Positions 49,833 to 61,687 of a stretch of 64,000 nucleotides of DNA are shown piece by piece. Source of the stretch: Ascidiella aspersa (taxonomy: Eukaryota). The stretch lies in the NCBI GenBank assembly GCA_963924565.1, contig OZ004607.1:30442001-30506000 (forward strand), read 5' to 3'. How positions within the stretch are numbered: the stretch's first letter is position 1; the number at the start of each line of letters is the position of its first letter. A program made the position numbers and the translations under genes. The notes beneath the pieces were generated by a model, which saw only the letters and a program-made list of their open reading frames with translations, made no database searches and was not told the DNA's origin.

Positions 49833-51016
49833 CAAAACTGTTTTACCTTGCGGCACAGTAAACAAGTCAAAAAATATTCGAGACAAACTTTATATAAAAC
49901 AACAATTTTATAACCATAATAGTCGCCCTTACACTTCAAGACAATACAATACAAAGTCAACTATAACTTACACTAAAATATAAATCTTTAAACCTAAGCA
50001 ACTTATAACAAACTATTCAAATAAATCTAAACTTGCTATGTATATCAATGGCCATTCTAGGTTAAACCTTAAAGATTTGCTACTTCGGTTACAGTATAAA
50101 ACTACGAGGTTAAATAATGTCATATTCATTCTTATATCACCTGACTTTTTTGCCGCGTTTTATACTATGCCGTCATAGTAGTAAAAAACAAAATACTTAA
50201 GAAATAAATATTTATATTTTTTTATTTAAAAACTGCTCAAGCGAGTGTGAGTTTAAAAATTACTGCAATAGCAAATTACACTACGTATATGTAGTGTTAA
50301 GCACTAAGCGCAAACGACTAACCCCAATTAACTCCATATTATATTGAGACTTCGCCTTGTTTGGCATTTTAGTTTAACTGATAAATATTAATCCAACAAA
50401 GTAACATACTTCGCATTAATACAGATTAGGTCTGTCATGGAAAAATTCTAGCAAACTAACCTGCAGAGTTCCTATACTGTTATGCATGCTGTGCCGTTTA
50501 TCTTATTTAACTAAGCCTATAGGACTAAATACCATACAAATAGGCTTACCATTTTGCACTGTTATTAATGTTCTGCTATTTTCTTCTCTAAAATTGAAAA
50601 TTGAAGCAGGTCGCTACCAGTAAAAGTAACACGGTCAATAAGTCTAATTTGTATTGCCATTTAACTCTCATATCATGCCTTGCATGACAAATGGATGCCA
50701 AGTATATGTAGCCGAATTTTCTATGTTAAGCAGAATTTTACAGTGTTGTTTTCAGCTTTTAATGATAGGAACAGCGATTGAATATGTAGCAACTAGTCAT
50801 TTTATTCTCAGCCGCCCAAATGCCATTTTTGTGTTTGTAGGATCCGCTATGAAATTGCTCAGCAGCCACAAACTTATGAAATACAAACTCCACGGAAATT
50901 ACTTCACAGCAGGTTTATATTAGAAGCCATGACCCTTGACATTCCCAAGCCGCTGAGCGAATCGACTTGCTTACAAATATTAGTGTGTCGCCAATTTTTT
51001 TATGAACCAAGTCAAC

Positions 51017-51412
51017 CAGGGACGGCGGAACGATTTCAGGGCAAGGGGGGTGACTTTTTTGTTACGGGCAACATAGACCGAAGGCGAGCGTATCGAGCCG
51101 AAATATAGGGGGGTCCGGGGGTACCCCCCGGAAAAATTTTTGCGGCCACGCCCTCTAGATTGGCTTAAAATGGTACCAAAAATGTTTTAACAAATGTCAA
51201 CCATGTCATTTTACGAATTTTTTTGCATTCCAAGTTTCTTATAAAAAATGCGTGTACAACACTGCTTTATGATTTCCGTCGCATAATATTTAACGTTATG
51301 AAAGCAATATATCATTTTTCATGAAAAGGGCACTTTTTCCCGCCCTTGCCCCCCTTAGCAAAGGGCAGGAGGTGCGCTTGCCCCCCGCGCCCCCCCCTCT
51401 CCGGCGTCCCCG
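51017..51412. mobile_element. hAT-type MITE, 396 bp
   Basis: TIRs CAGGGACGGCGGA / TCCGGCGTCCCCG, perfect 8-bp TSD AAGTCAAC, and G/C-run subterminal motifs (GGGGGTCCGGGGGTACCCCCGGAAAAATTTT). Confidence 0.9.
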
Positions 51413-53780
51413 AAGTCAACAATAAGTCACTTCTATTAGAACTTCTGCGTTGCCCAATCAAGAAATTAGCTTCACAAAATTAAAAAAAAAGTCATGTTTT
51501 TACAACTAAAAAACAACCAATAGCCTTCATCAAACATATGTCGTAAATTTTATGCACGCAATAGCGCACGAAATGCAGGCAAGCAATGTCCTTAAAAAGA
51601 TATATCAATTTGTCAGGTTAGAGGTTCTTAAACGTTTTAATTTTTCGCTGGTGCGTCGTTGATATTTTGAGGCCACCGTACAATTATTCTGTTTCGTACC
51701 TTAAACCTAATTGCGGCACAAGGCTAATACGGTATGCAAAGATTTAATTATCCCTTGGCCCTGACATGAATAGTCGAAATGATTGTTACAAAAATGAAGT
51801 ATATGATTATGATTACTGAAACAAAACAATAGAAAAAATTGACAAACCCTGCATTGGCTTGCACTAGGATTTATGGGCTATGCGCAATAAAACCCAGGTA
51901 AAAAATCAATATTTTCCAGAACACAAAGTTTAGTTTTAATGATACTTGCATTTGAAGCAAAACAACATATTAGCTTGATACTGTTTAGAGGGCCAAGATA
52001 ATTGACCGACCCAGCTCGCTAAACCAGTGAACTGTGTAGCTATTCTATATGTTCCATGTATTTTTTACTAAACTATGTCAAATGATAGTTAGAGAAATAG
52101 AAGCTAGCCTACATGTAATACAAAAATGTGCAATTTTACCCTTTGTCGAACACTATATACTTCATTGATAATTTTATATTAGTAAATGTTAAAACTGGCG
52201 TCACGAGTGAAAGGTTGGATTTTGTAAAAAGCAAAAAGATGCTGCAAAGCACCAATTTATTGTTACAGTATAATTTAGTAAATATCAAAAACAATATTTT
52301 TGCGACCCCCGCAAACCAGAAGCAATTGTAGTAAGGAGCATAATAGTGGTTTATTTTATAGGAACTTACGGCCTTTACAGCGAAGTCAGTCCCTCGAGAT
52401 AAAAGTGTCAAATTTCGCAGTGCTGCAGCGACACCTAGCATTAACATCTTTGCATGTAGCTTTAGAGACACTTGACGGAAATATATATGTGTTTGCCAAA
52501 TAGTTGTTAGATCATAGATATCAGTTATTCTGTAGAGAACAATAGTTTTCTAGCAAAGCCAAAAAAAAAAAAATTAATAATATTTGTAAAATGGACAGCC
52601 TAAAGGAAAGTGTGGGAGATATCCTTTTTAATTTTACCATTATTATTGAAGTATTACCATTTGTCGATTAAAAATACCAGCTACCGGTCCGATACCGCCA
52701 TATATGGCGATCCATACCACGTTGAAACATTTGTAGAAAATATTCCGACCAAAGCTAATTAAGTTTTCTAGTGCTAAAGCAGATTTTGGTCTAAGTTCTG
52801 TACGAAAATACGTTTAGGGTTTCATCGAAACTGTTTTTTAGACAATAGTATAAACTACGTCATATGGGATCAGATCCGACGGCCGTACGTTTTGCCAAAA
52901 ATATTGGTTATTTGATCAGTATCGAAACAAATACGAAGTATTGGATGTCCGTACCCATAAAGGTTTAAATTACAACACGGCGGTATAGTATGTCATTCAA
53001 GTGTTGCGGTTTTTTTTATAGCAATGTACATAACCGACCGACAAAAGTCTATTTATTTTGGATTGCGCTACAGCGCCATCTCACGGAACCTATTTTTGTC
53101 GCTCAAATGTGGTGAACTTTTTGTGATTTATTTTTGTATAGTACCGGTAAGTTGACCGCTGTATTAATTGATGTCAGCCTTAGAAACTGAACAACGACTC
53201 TTAGTGGAATGGCATTTTTTTGGCTTCTAGGATTTTTTTTTATGTTGTTTCCCGAGCAACACTTTTTTCAATAGGAAGCGTTTCCTATTTTTGTTTTACT
53301 TAACAATAATTTTGAGAAAACCAAATATGCGAAAGTAAAATGAGAACAAAAAAGTTTTCAACATTTCAGGAGTCGAGGCCCTCTTCCATGGGCTCTCAAC
53401 TTGTTGTGCATGGAATATTTAGAAATTACGTCCAAAGTATCGTTAAAACGTAACGTCACAAACCTATGCCTAAAATGACGTCACAAAATAAATATAAATT
53501 ATAAAACACTATACAGTCTGCTAAATTTTCGGTTAGTAAGGTGTTACCAACAGTTCATGATCCACTACAAAGATTTAAAGATGGTTTAGATTACCCGATT
53601 TGCTCTACCTTAATAAATTTAGAGAAAATTGCGAAGGTGTCACGGCGTTACAAAAAGTGGAGACCATATTTTCGGAAAAGCACAATAAAATTATAGTTTA
53701 TCTAGTATAAATTTGCAAAAAGTGTACTTAAAAAAATCCTTTTATTTTTTATTTCAGAAAGGCGCGCAGGCGGAAAAACG

Positions 53781-54100
53781 CAGTGTTTCTCAAATTTTGA
53801 GACGCGGCCCAAAATTGAGTCGTTCTTTCATTTGGTTGGGTTGCCGACTGCTATAGTTTTCATACTGGACTTATTAAAATTGGTCCTGAGCAAATTTTTT
53901 TCAAAACTTAGGCAAGTTTCAGGGTCAATATAAAGAACTGGCTCATATTATAATTGAGTTCGAATTATTTATGCTACTTTTATTTATGTTTTATTCGCCA
54001 ACAAAAAGTCTGTGAAGAGAATTGGATCATATAAGCTTTGCTTATATAGGCCTATACTTAAGCGCCGTGATTGGGTCGCTACGAAAGTTGAGAAACACTA
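53781..54100. mobile_element. hAT-Charlie-like MITE, older
   Basis: TIRs CAGTGTTTCTCAA / TTGAGAAACACTA with subterminal GCGGCCC and GGGTCGC. TSD not preserved. Confidence 0.65.
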
Positions 54101-54130
54101 GTTTAAGCTGCTCAAACTGTTGTTTTAGAG

Positions 54131-54421
54131 CAGTGGTTCTTAGACTTTTTGAGACACACCCCCTTTTACAATTTTAACAAAACTCGCGCCAAACCTTGTT
54201 TCAAAATAAAAAAACATAAGCAGAACAGCAATTTATTTTCTGGTAAGTTGCATTAATGATAGGGATGTAACTGTTTTTTGAATACTAAATGTTTAATTCG
54301 AGTATTAGTAGCAGGGAAATATAACTTTGCCTTAATGTTTAGTCAAAATTCATATAGAGTTTGTCAATTTCCCGCGCCCCCTTGTGAACCTTACCCCCCC
54401 CCACCAGTTTAAGAACCACTG
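54131..54421. mobile_element. hAT-Charlie-like MITE, 291 bp
   Basis: TIRs CAGTGGTTCTTA / TAAGAACCACTG and 8-bp TSD TTTTAGAG/TTTTATAG (7 of 8). Confidence 0.85.
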
Positions 54422-55190
54422 TTTTATAGGGTGCGATAAGACATAACACGTCTTTAGAACAGAATTTCGTAAAATGAGTTGGTACATACTGAAATGATAG
54501 TAAAGGTTCTCGCCAAGCGCTAATATTTATGCAGTTAAAATAGACAAAAAAATTGCTTGGAGGAAAGGGGAAACCCCTGGCTGGACCCTTTCGTGTTCCG
54601 GGATTATATTTATGGCTGTAATGTTTTAGGTATCATGGCTGAAAACAGTCACAGGTTCTATTAGTCTTATTTTAATTTTCTTCGCCTATAACAGTTAGGT
54701 TTGAATGTTTGTGAAGCACTTTTATCGTCGGTGGTAAGAAGCAAAACAATTGAGAATATTAACCATGATGACTGGTATCTGCTGCCGAAACGTCGGTTTA
54801 TACTTCGTTTACACCAGAAGAGCTATTTCTATATATTGATATGTTTCCTGGTGGAGCTAACTCTAGTCTTAAAACAATTGAGTGATTACCTACCGAATTT
54901 AAACAAGATTTGGCTGTATTGTATTTGGAGCATATAATGGTTGTAGATTGTAGTTTAGTTAAAGCGTACAGAATGTTCTATAATCTATAGCGTTATATGG
55001 GCTGTGATGTTCATTCTACATTTTGGTTGTTGCTTATATTGTTGGTAAAGCCGTCAGGTACTTTATTGTATCACAAATTGGACGTTTTTCTAAATGGCCG
55101 CGTAAGTTTAGCTCAAGGGAATTGAGCGATTTTAATACATCGACGCTAAAATACGCTTTGTCTTGGCAAAAAAGTTTCGTATTGAGACTG

Positions 55191-55470
55191 TGTTAAAAAA
55201 ATCAATAACTAGTACAGCTCATCGTGTTTAGCAGCGGATAGGTTTAGCCTTCCTCTGCCTAGTATACGTCATGCGTTAAAGTATAAATAGTCCAATGACC
55301 CGTCAATCACATTGAAGATATTTTAAACGATTAAATGGCTGGACTGACACAGCATAGGACGGTAATAGACGTGCGGTCTGCGGTGGCAACGGCCACTTGC
55401 TGGAAATAAACTGTTTCATGTATATTACAAGTAGTCACGAACTAGAAACTTACCACGTCGTTCATTAACA
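55191..55470 (+). mobile_element. Possible solo LTR, 280 bp
   Basis: TGTTAA...TTAACA termini, TATAAATA at 55282 and AATAAA at 55405, in LTR order. The flanks (AGACTG/TTACTG) are not a clean TSD. Confidence 0.35.
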
Positions 55471-55575
55471 TTACTGATATCTTTATTTAATGTATTGCTC
55501 TGATACTTTCGACGTTGCGGAATAAAATGTGGGGACAATTGTCGATAGGCGAAATGCTTAGTTTTAAACAGGTAT

Positions 55576-56126
55576 TTGAACCGGAACCGAACCGGAACTT
55601 TATGAACTGGTTTTGGGTCAATTTTTTCCGAACCGCAACCGAACCTGAACCGTTTTTTTAACGATTTCAAGGAGCCGAACCGGAACTGAACCGAATAATT
55701 TGAAAGAACATGAACCTTAACCGAACCCGAACCTGTTAACAAAAGCGGTCACTCCAGCATGACGTCACAACTTGTATTTTAAAGACTCAAGTTATGCCAT
55801 GTTTAAAATGTAATGAACAAATTTTTAGATATTTCAATAATGAGTTGCTGTTTTTTTAATGCGTCACGTAACTTTGATTGGATTCATTCAAGTCATGACT
55901 TACTATTCAAAGATTAGTCTCTACATTTGTTGACCCACAATTTTAGATTTAACGCAACTTATATTATATCCGAACCGGAACTTTATGAGTCGGTTTTGAA
56001 ATAACGATGGTCAAACCGGAGCTTTTAAATTGCTCCGAACCGAAACCGGAACTGAATCGGATTCCGAAAAAATCCTTGAGCCCGAACCGAACCTGAACCG
56101 GAAAAGTCAAACGGTTCGACTCCCTG
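55576..56126. repeat. Two same-orientation GAACCG-rich DNA-transposon end fragments (~55576-55757 and ~55969-56126)
   Basis: Both contain CCGAACCGGAACTTTATGA..GGTTTTG and CCGAACCTG. The second ends in GGTTCGACTCCCTG, a CAGGG-type hAT terminus read on the minus strand. Confidence 0.7.
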
Positions 56127-56809
56127 GTTTTAAATTTTGGTTGCCAGTTTATGCCGGCACGGATTACGGGCAAATTCCAGGCAGGTTCTTTGATTTTTTG
56201 CTTTTGAATACTCTTGAATCGCTGGTTTCCAGGCAAATAAAATTGGTGAAAAAACTAGGATGTTCTACCCATGATAATGAAAGTACCCTGTGAACTTACA
56301 GACGATAAGGCTGAAAAAAAAGGAAAGTTTTTTTTTGTAATTTATAAAAAATAATTAGGGACCGGCACAGATAGCCTACTAGAAAAGCTTGTCTCTTTTC
56401 ACGTCCCCTCATTTGCCTACAGTCCTGTCTCGCGGAGGTGAAATCTGGTGTGTAGCCTACGTGCTCATAAGTTGCTTCAATACCGACCAAGTCAAAGCCT
56501 TCACGCGTTAAAGCGACGCGTCAACGTATGAAACTGAAATAACTTCGGTCGTGTGATGTGTTCAATGTAAAGAAACAAACAGGGAGCAAGTCGATTTCGA
56601 GTAGCTAAATCGAGAATATTTGTTTGCATGCTCAGCATTGCGTTGTGCATTGTCGTAGCCTTTGCAGATCGCTCCTGCAGCGAGCCACAGTCTGTTGCAA
56701 TTGGGCTGCATCAGCTTCCGCTGTCTGTGGCTTTGCAGTGCCACAGCGCGCAGTAAGCAGCAGCCAGCGTTCTTGCTCGCATCGAGCTGTTGAGCTGCTG
56801 GCGTGAGGA

Positions 56810-56900
56810 TGAATGAGACCGGTCCGGCCAATCAGAGAGCTCGCGTCGCCCTATTGATCGCGCACAACGAATCAGAGCGGCGCTAGTACTTCATTGAGAG
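56810..56900. promoter_or_regulatory. CCAAT-box (NF-Y-type) promoter-like segment, possibly bidirectional
   Basis: GGCCAATCAGAG at 56826 and CGAATCAGAG 40 bp downstream, an inverted TCAAT at ~56853, and divergent TCATT initiator-like motifs (minus 56816-56811, plus 56891-56896) in a GC-rich context. Confidence 0.5.
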
Positions 56901-59900
56901 AGACAAAGCAGGAGTCCCATTCACTGGGCCGCCTGCCGCATTTTTGTGTGTGGGATTTTACTCGTAACGCCTCGCCGCTGTAACCTTTCTATTGAGTTTG
57001 GCCGGTTCGCAGTCGGGCCTGTTTTGTGCGCGTTGACGTGCCAGTTGGATTGCGCACTTTGCCCGGCAATGCCTCTCCCCGGGGACGTTTGACAGTCACT
57101 ATATTATTGCTTTTTTGAGTTTGAAGGCATGTTTGTTGTACTCTGACTACAGCGGCATTTCAGTGAAATACGTGTGTGAAAAACGTTTTTACCGCAGTAT
57201 ACTAGTTCGTTTGTTTGCTAGAATATGAAAGATATGCTTATCAGAACCATGCGAGCGAATACATTAGCGAGAGCTTAAAATAAATACACGTTTTATTGGC
57301 CAGTTTACCCTGAAGCTGCAGTGGTATATGCAGGCAAGTGTACTGTACATCTACAATCCACACACTAGGAAAAATAACCCAAAACAAATTAGTTTTGTAA
57401 TTGCCATCAAAAAAATATTTGTTTTATGAGAAGTTTAAAATAAAATTATAAAAATTGTTGTCTGTAGCATACCTTTTATAGCTATTTTTAGTACTATATT
57501 CTGAAGTGCTGATATTTGAGAAGCTGTTGCCCCAGTTAGCTGCACCATTGAAGTCAGTTTCCTGGATTTCATGAATGAAGTTGTAACTGCCATTGTGCAT
57601 TGTATCATAAAATAGTTTGATGTTGAACTTTGTACTTACATAAATTATTGTAGTTGTATCAGCGAGAAAACATGAGCTGTGGTGGTTATATTTGTAATAT
57701 TTAAAACTTAAATAAATGTTTTTGTTAATAATTTATCTAATTGCAAGAAATTATAAAATAATTTTTGTTGCTTTTTTGTTAGCTGAATAGACTTACTCTT
57801 TTTTTGTAAACCTAATTAGGTATTGTAAAGGAAAGTTAACTGGATTAATAACTTATCTTAATAAATTTGTAATAATATCTGTCACATGATTTAACCACTG
57901 TTTGGTGAATTGTTAACTATCTTTCCATTGTGGCACAAATCAACAATTTATTTGCCTATTGTAATTTTGACAGCCAGTTAACTTTGGAGTCTTGAACTGT
58001 CATTGGCTGTCTTTTCTAACCACTGTGTTGAGCTTTAAACGTTCAACTTGAAGTCTGCTAAAATTTTCAATAATCGGTGGCAAAGATCTGGTGCAAATTT
58101 GAAGGTTTGCATTTACCCAAATGTGTAATTCCAAGAAATGCCAATTCTTTTTTGGATAGCATTTGCATGCTTTGTGGTGGCAGCAAGTTCGCAGTAATTA
58201 GCGGCGCGCCTTCGAAATATGCTCGGGCAGTTTGCCGTCGGCACAGCAGCACTACTGGTAGCTTTCCACGCTCTTTTTGTACATTTTGAAGGCGCATCGA
58301 AGAGCCAAATGACGTTATTTCCTGCTTCTGCCTAAAGCTGGTGTTGCTTACTGTCACTGCGATTTGGCATCCATTGGAGAGTAACTTCCATTCGCATCCC
58401 GATCAGGGCCATTGTATAAAGTGGCCATTAGCTATTTGCAAGCGCCTTATTAGTTGCATTCAAAATGACTTATTCATAACTGGAATTGCCGTCGAACAAT
58501 GGTAGCGATGCGTGAAGCATTGGATACTAATTGTGAAGCAAGGCCTGACTACTATTTTGGTTTTCTTCTGGGGCATTTTGTACTATACCGAAAGTGTGAA
58601 AGCGATTGAGCCGCATGGTAATACTGGACGTTTTTAAAAACAATTTTCAATTCAGTTGATTTAAAGTGATCAAATTTTACGTCTTTGATACCCTATAAAA
58701 GTTTTTTATTAAACGCATTAGAATTTATTTTACAAAATATGTGGCAACCCTGCGTAAACTTGAGTTTATGCCAAAACCAAGTTCGGTTTTCGTTGTGTGT
58801 CTCCGAACGACACGAACGTAACTTCGCCGCAGTCAATCAATCACTATTTCATTTGCATTTACACTACAGAGGTTGTTTTCGCGCACTCACTGACAGTTTC
58901 AGTAAGGCTCAAAATCATAAGCTTGGTTGTTTTCCCGGCAGGTCCCTTGGCCCTTCTGACTTGCCGTTTGAGGGTATACTAGATTACCGATGACGTGTTT
59001 CGTGTTGCTGTGTAATAATTCAAGGTACATGTTTGTGTGTTAAGTACTTGAAGACCTCGTATGGGTGTTCATGTTTTGAAGACTTGTAGGCCGGAAATCA
59101 CATATGGTGTTTTCCATGGCAGGATGAAACCGCAACTTTTTGTGCTATGTTACTGTGATTCAACTATACCTGGGTCTGCTTTATATTGCCCTTTTTACTG
59201 CATTTTTCGCATTGTGGTGGGTAAACCGGGCTGAAGTGGCGAAAGGGGAGTAAAACGAGCTGTTTAGTATTCTGAATGGCACACATTGTACGTGGGACAT
59301 AGCTGCTGGAAGTAATTTGGCTCACCGCGCTTCCAAACATGATTTTATCGTTTTACGTTTTGTGACCTTGGGGAATTGCCCGGGCAAAAACAGTCCACTT
59401 CGCGGAAAGTAAGTTACGGGAGTCCGAATTAGTTGAGTCACTGAGGCAATGCAATGTTGACTCGGATCAATACGACGAAGCAGCGAGACGCTTTGTGTAA
59501 ATACCAAAGGTCTTCCAAGGACAGGCGATAGCAATGCCGCAGTTTGCTACGTTTTTGCCATGCTTGGTGTTCATATTGTGCAGACTAGGGATTTTAAGTT
59601 GGCTACTGGCCAATGATGGGTTCGTTCACGGGATAAAGTCTCGCTCTTTGAAGAGACCGGCATCTTACTCCTCGAGGCATGCTGCGTACAACGTATTTGG
59701 TTAACTGTCCTTTTCGTTTCTCGAAAAGAAAAACGCCACCCCTTTCGTAATTTAATCACGATTTACATTTTGCTGTTCTAATTGACCCCACAAGTTAACA
59801 ATCACTACTGCTTTCTATAACGTATACCCAGTGCCTGGTTTTTCACGATCCTTTTATTAAAAATACCACTTGCACAGTCAGGGCTCACAGTCGGAATTTT

Positions 59901-61419
59901 TGACTAGGTCTTTTAGAACGTTATTGCTGGGCAAACAATTTTTTTTTCGCTAGTCTTCAAAACGCGCTGAAATCAGTCAATGGCCGAGGTTTGTCTTGGT
60001 GTTGCGCGCGTTGCCACGCTTGCCCGTCGTAATAAGTACACCAACCCTAAGTATCCTAAAACACGTCGGCCCGTGCGCCGCGCTTGCCGGCCATTTACAG
60101 CGTTAATTATTGACGCACGAGACCGTCGCTTGTTCATTCTCTCTATCGTCGTTGTCGGTGTTTGCTTTACTTGGTATTCGCTGCTGGCGGCGGCTTTGCT
60201 CGCGTGTGTGTTCACATTGTAGGCCCTAAGCCGCTGTTTCCACATGCCCTTTCCTAGACGTTGTTGTACTAGGCCTAATCGCCAGCTACTTCCGCAGGGC
60301 TCGAAAGTTCGACTAACACGTTTCGTTGTGTGTGCATTTTTCTGGGTATGCAGACGAGAAATGGCGGCATGATAGTTTTGGTAAGCATGCAGTGCTTGCA
60401 TGTGTCGCAAAGACGAAAATCAGTGGGTGACATTCAATCGTTAGATTCAGCCATCAAATTCTACCAGCTGATTAATATTACATATGGATGAAACGAGTGG
60501 TTTTATTATAAAAAGTCAGTCCGTGGAAGCTGTGACAGTCGGTTGTTTTTAGCATTTGAGTGCAAATGTATATAAAAAAAGGTTTGGTTTGTATTTAGAA
60601 CTGAAAGTGATGTTGCAACTTGTGGTCTAGTAATCGCATTTGCGTTTGTAATGGCTTTTTAATTAAACTGATCTCTTACGATTATTGATGGTAAGACTAG
60701 CTTGTACATATAAGTTGTGACTGAAATTTTGTACTCCTTTATATAATTACACTGCTACCAAGTTCTTTTGAACTCGAACTTATGATTAAAAATGATGTTC
60801 TTCACCGAAAAATAGTAATCTTTTGCTGGAGATTTAGTCAAAATGAAGGAGGAATGGGACGAAAAATGCTTAAACATTGCAGTTTTGTAGTTTAAAGTTA
60901 TTGCTAATTATAGTATATACCTAAATCAACTAGTTGTTCATGACAACGCTATGCACTCGGGCCCAATGATAGATGTGTTGTTTAACTAATTACATTTGTT
61001 TTATATCCTAAGTTTTGCCGACTTGAATATAGTTGTTGTTTTCAGTTACTTGGAGTTATAAATAAATATGCTGTTGCTACCAGGCATAGTACATTTACAA
61101 TAGGTTTCTCTGGCATATATTTCTTTAACCAACTTTTCGGCTTACTATCCGGCAAGCCTTCGTCAGGGACTAACACACAAAGCCAACAGGAGTTATAAGT
61201 TGTCCAGGCGTACATCGAAGGAATTGCTGCGCACTTTGTCGTCGTGGTTCAGTAGCTGTAACATACCATATACTGTATCAACATCAGTCCAGTACTGATG
61301 CCGTGTAATACACATTATAGTTTTATATGAGCCGTTTAAAGTTGTTCGCGTTTTGTAAAGTAAGCTTACTTTTTTGTATACAAAATCCGACTGTGTGCGC
61401 TGTTGCCCTTTGGCTAGAT

Positions 61420-61687
61420 CTGTGGTTTCAAACCTTTTTGTTGTCGCGACCCCCTTGCCAGTTTGCAAGAACCTGTCCGACCCCATTTCTTTTCCATTGG
61501 TTGGAAACAAGAGTTAAGGTGACCCAAAAACCCAACTGGTTCACTAAAGCAAATGTCATTAAGATAATTGTTAGTCTGACACATTATTTTACTCTCTACA
61601 CTGGCAATTTGTTTCTATTGTTTTGTTTCTTGTCAATTTTTCGTTCGGCAAATAGTACATGGCGACCCCCCTGGTTGGAAACCGCTT
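61420..61687. mobile_element. Degenerate hAT-Charlie-like MITE
   Basis: Termini CTGTGGTTTCAAACC / GGTTGGAAACCGCTT, subterminal GCGACCCCC at both ends, and flanks GGCTAGAT/GGTTATAT (6 of 8). Confidence 0.7.

Noticed and set aside
55576-56126. GAACCG repeats, and the GGATTCG repeats at ~20240, as a CRISPR-like array
   Set aside because: Short irregular motifs typical of transposon subterminal repeats, in eukaryotic context, with no constant repeat-spacer period.
57048-57070. GATTGCGCACTTTGCCCGGCAAT, superficially like miR-92
   Set aside because: The seed (ATTGCAC) is interrupted and no clear precursor hairpin was found.
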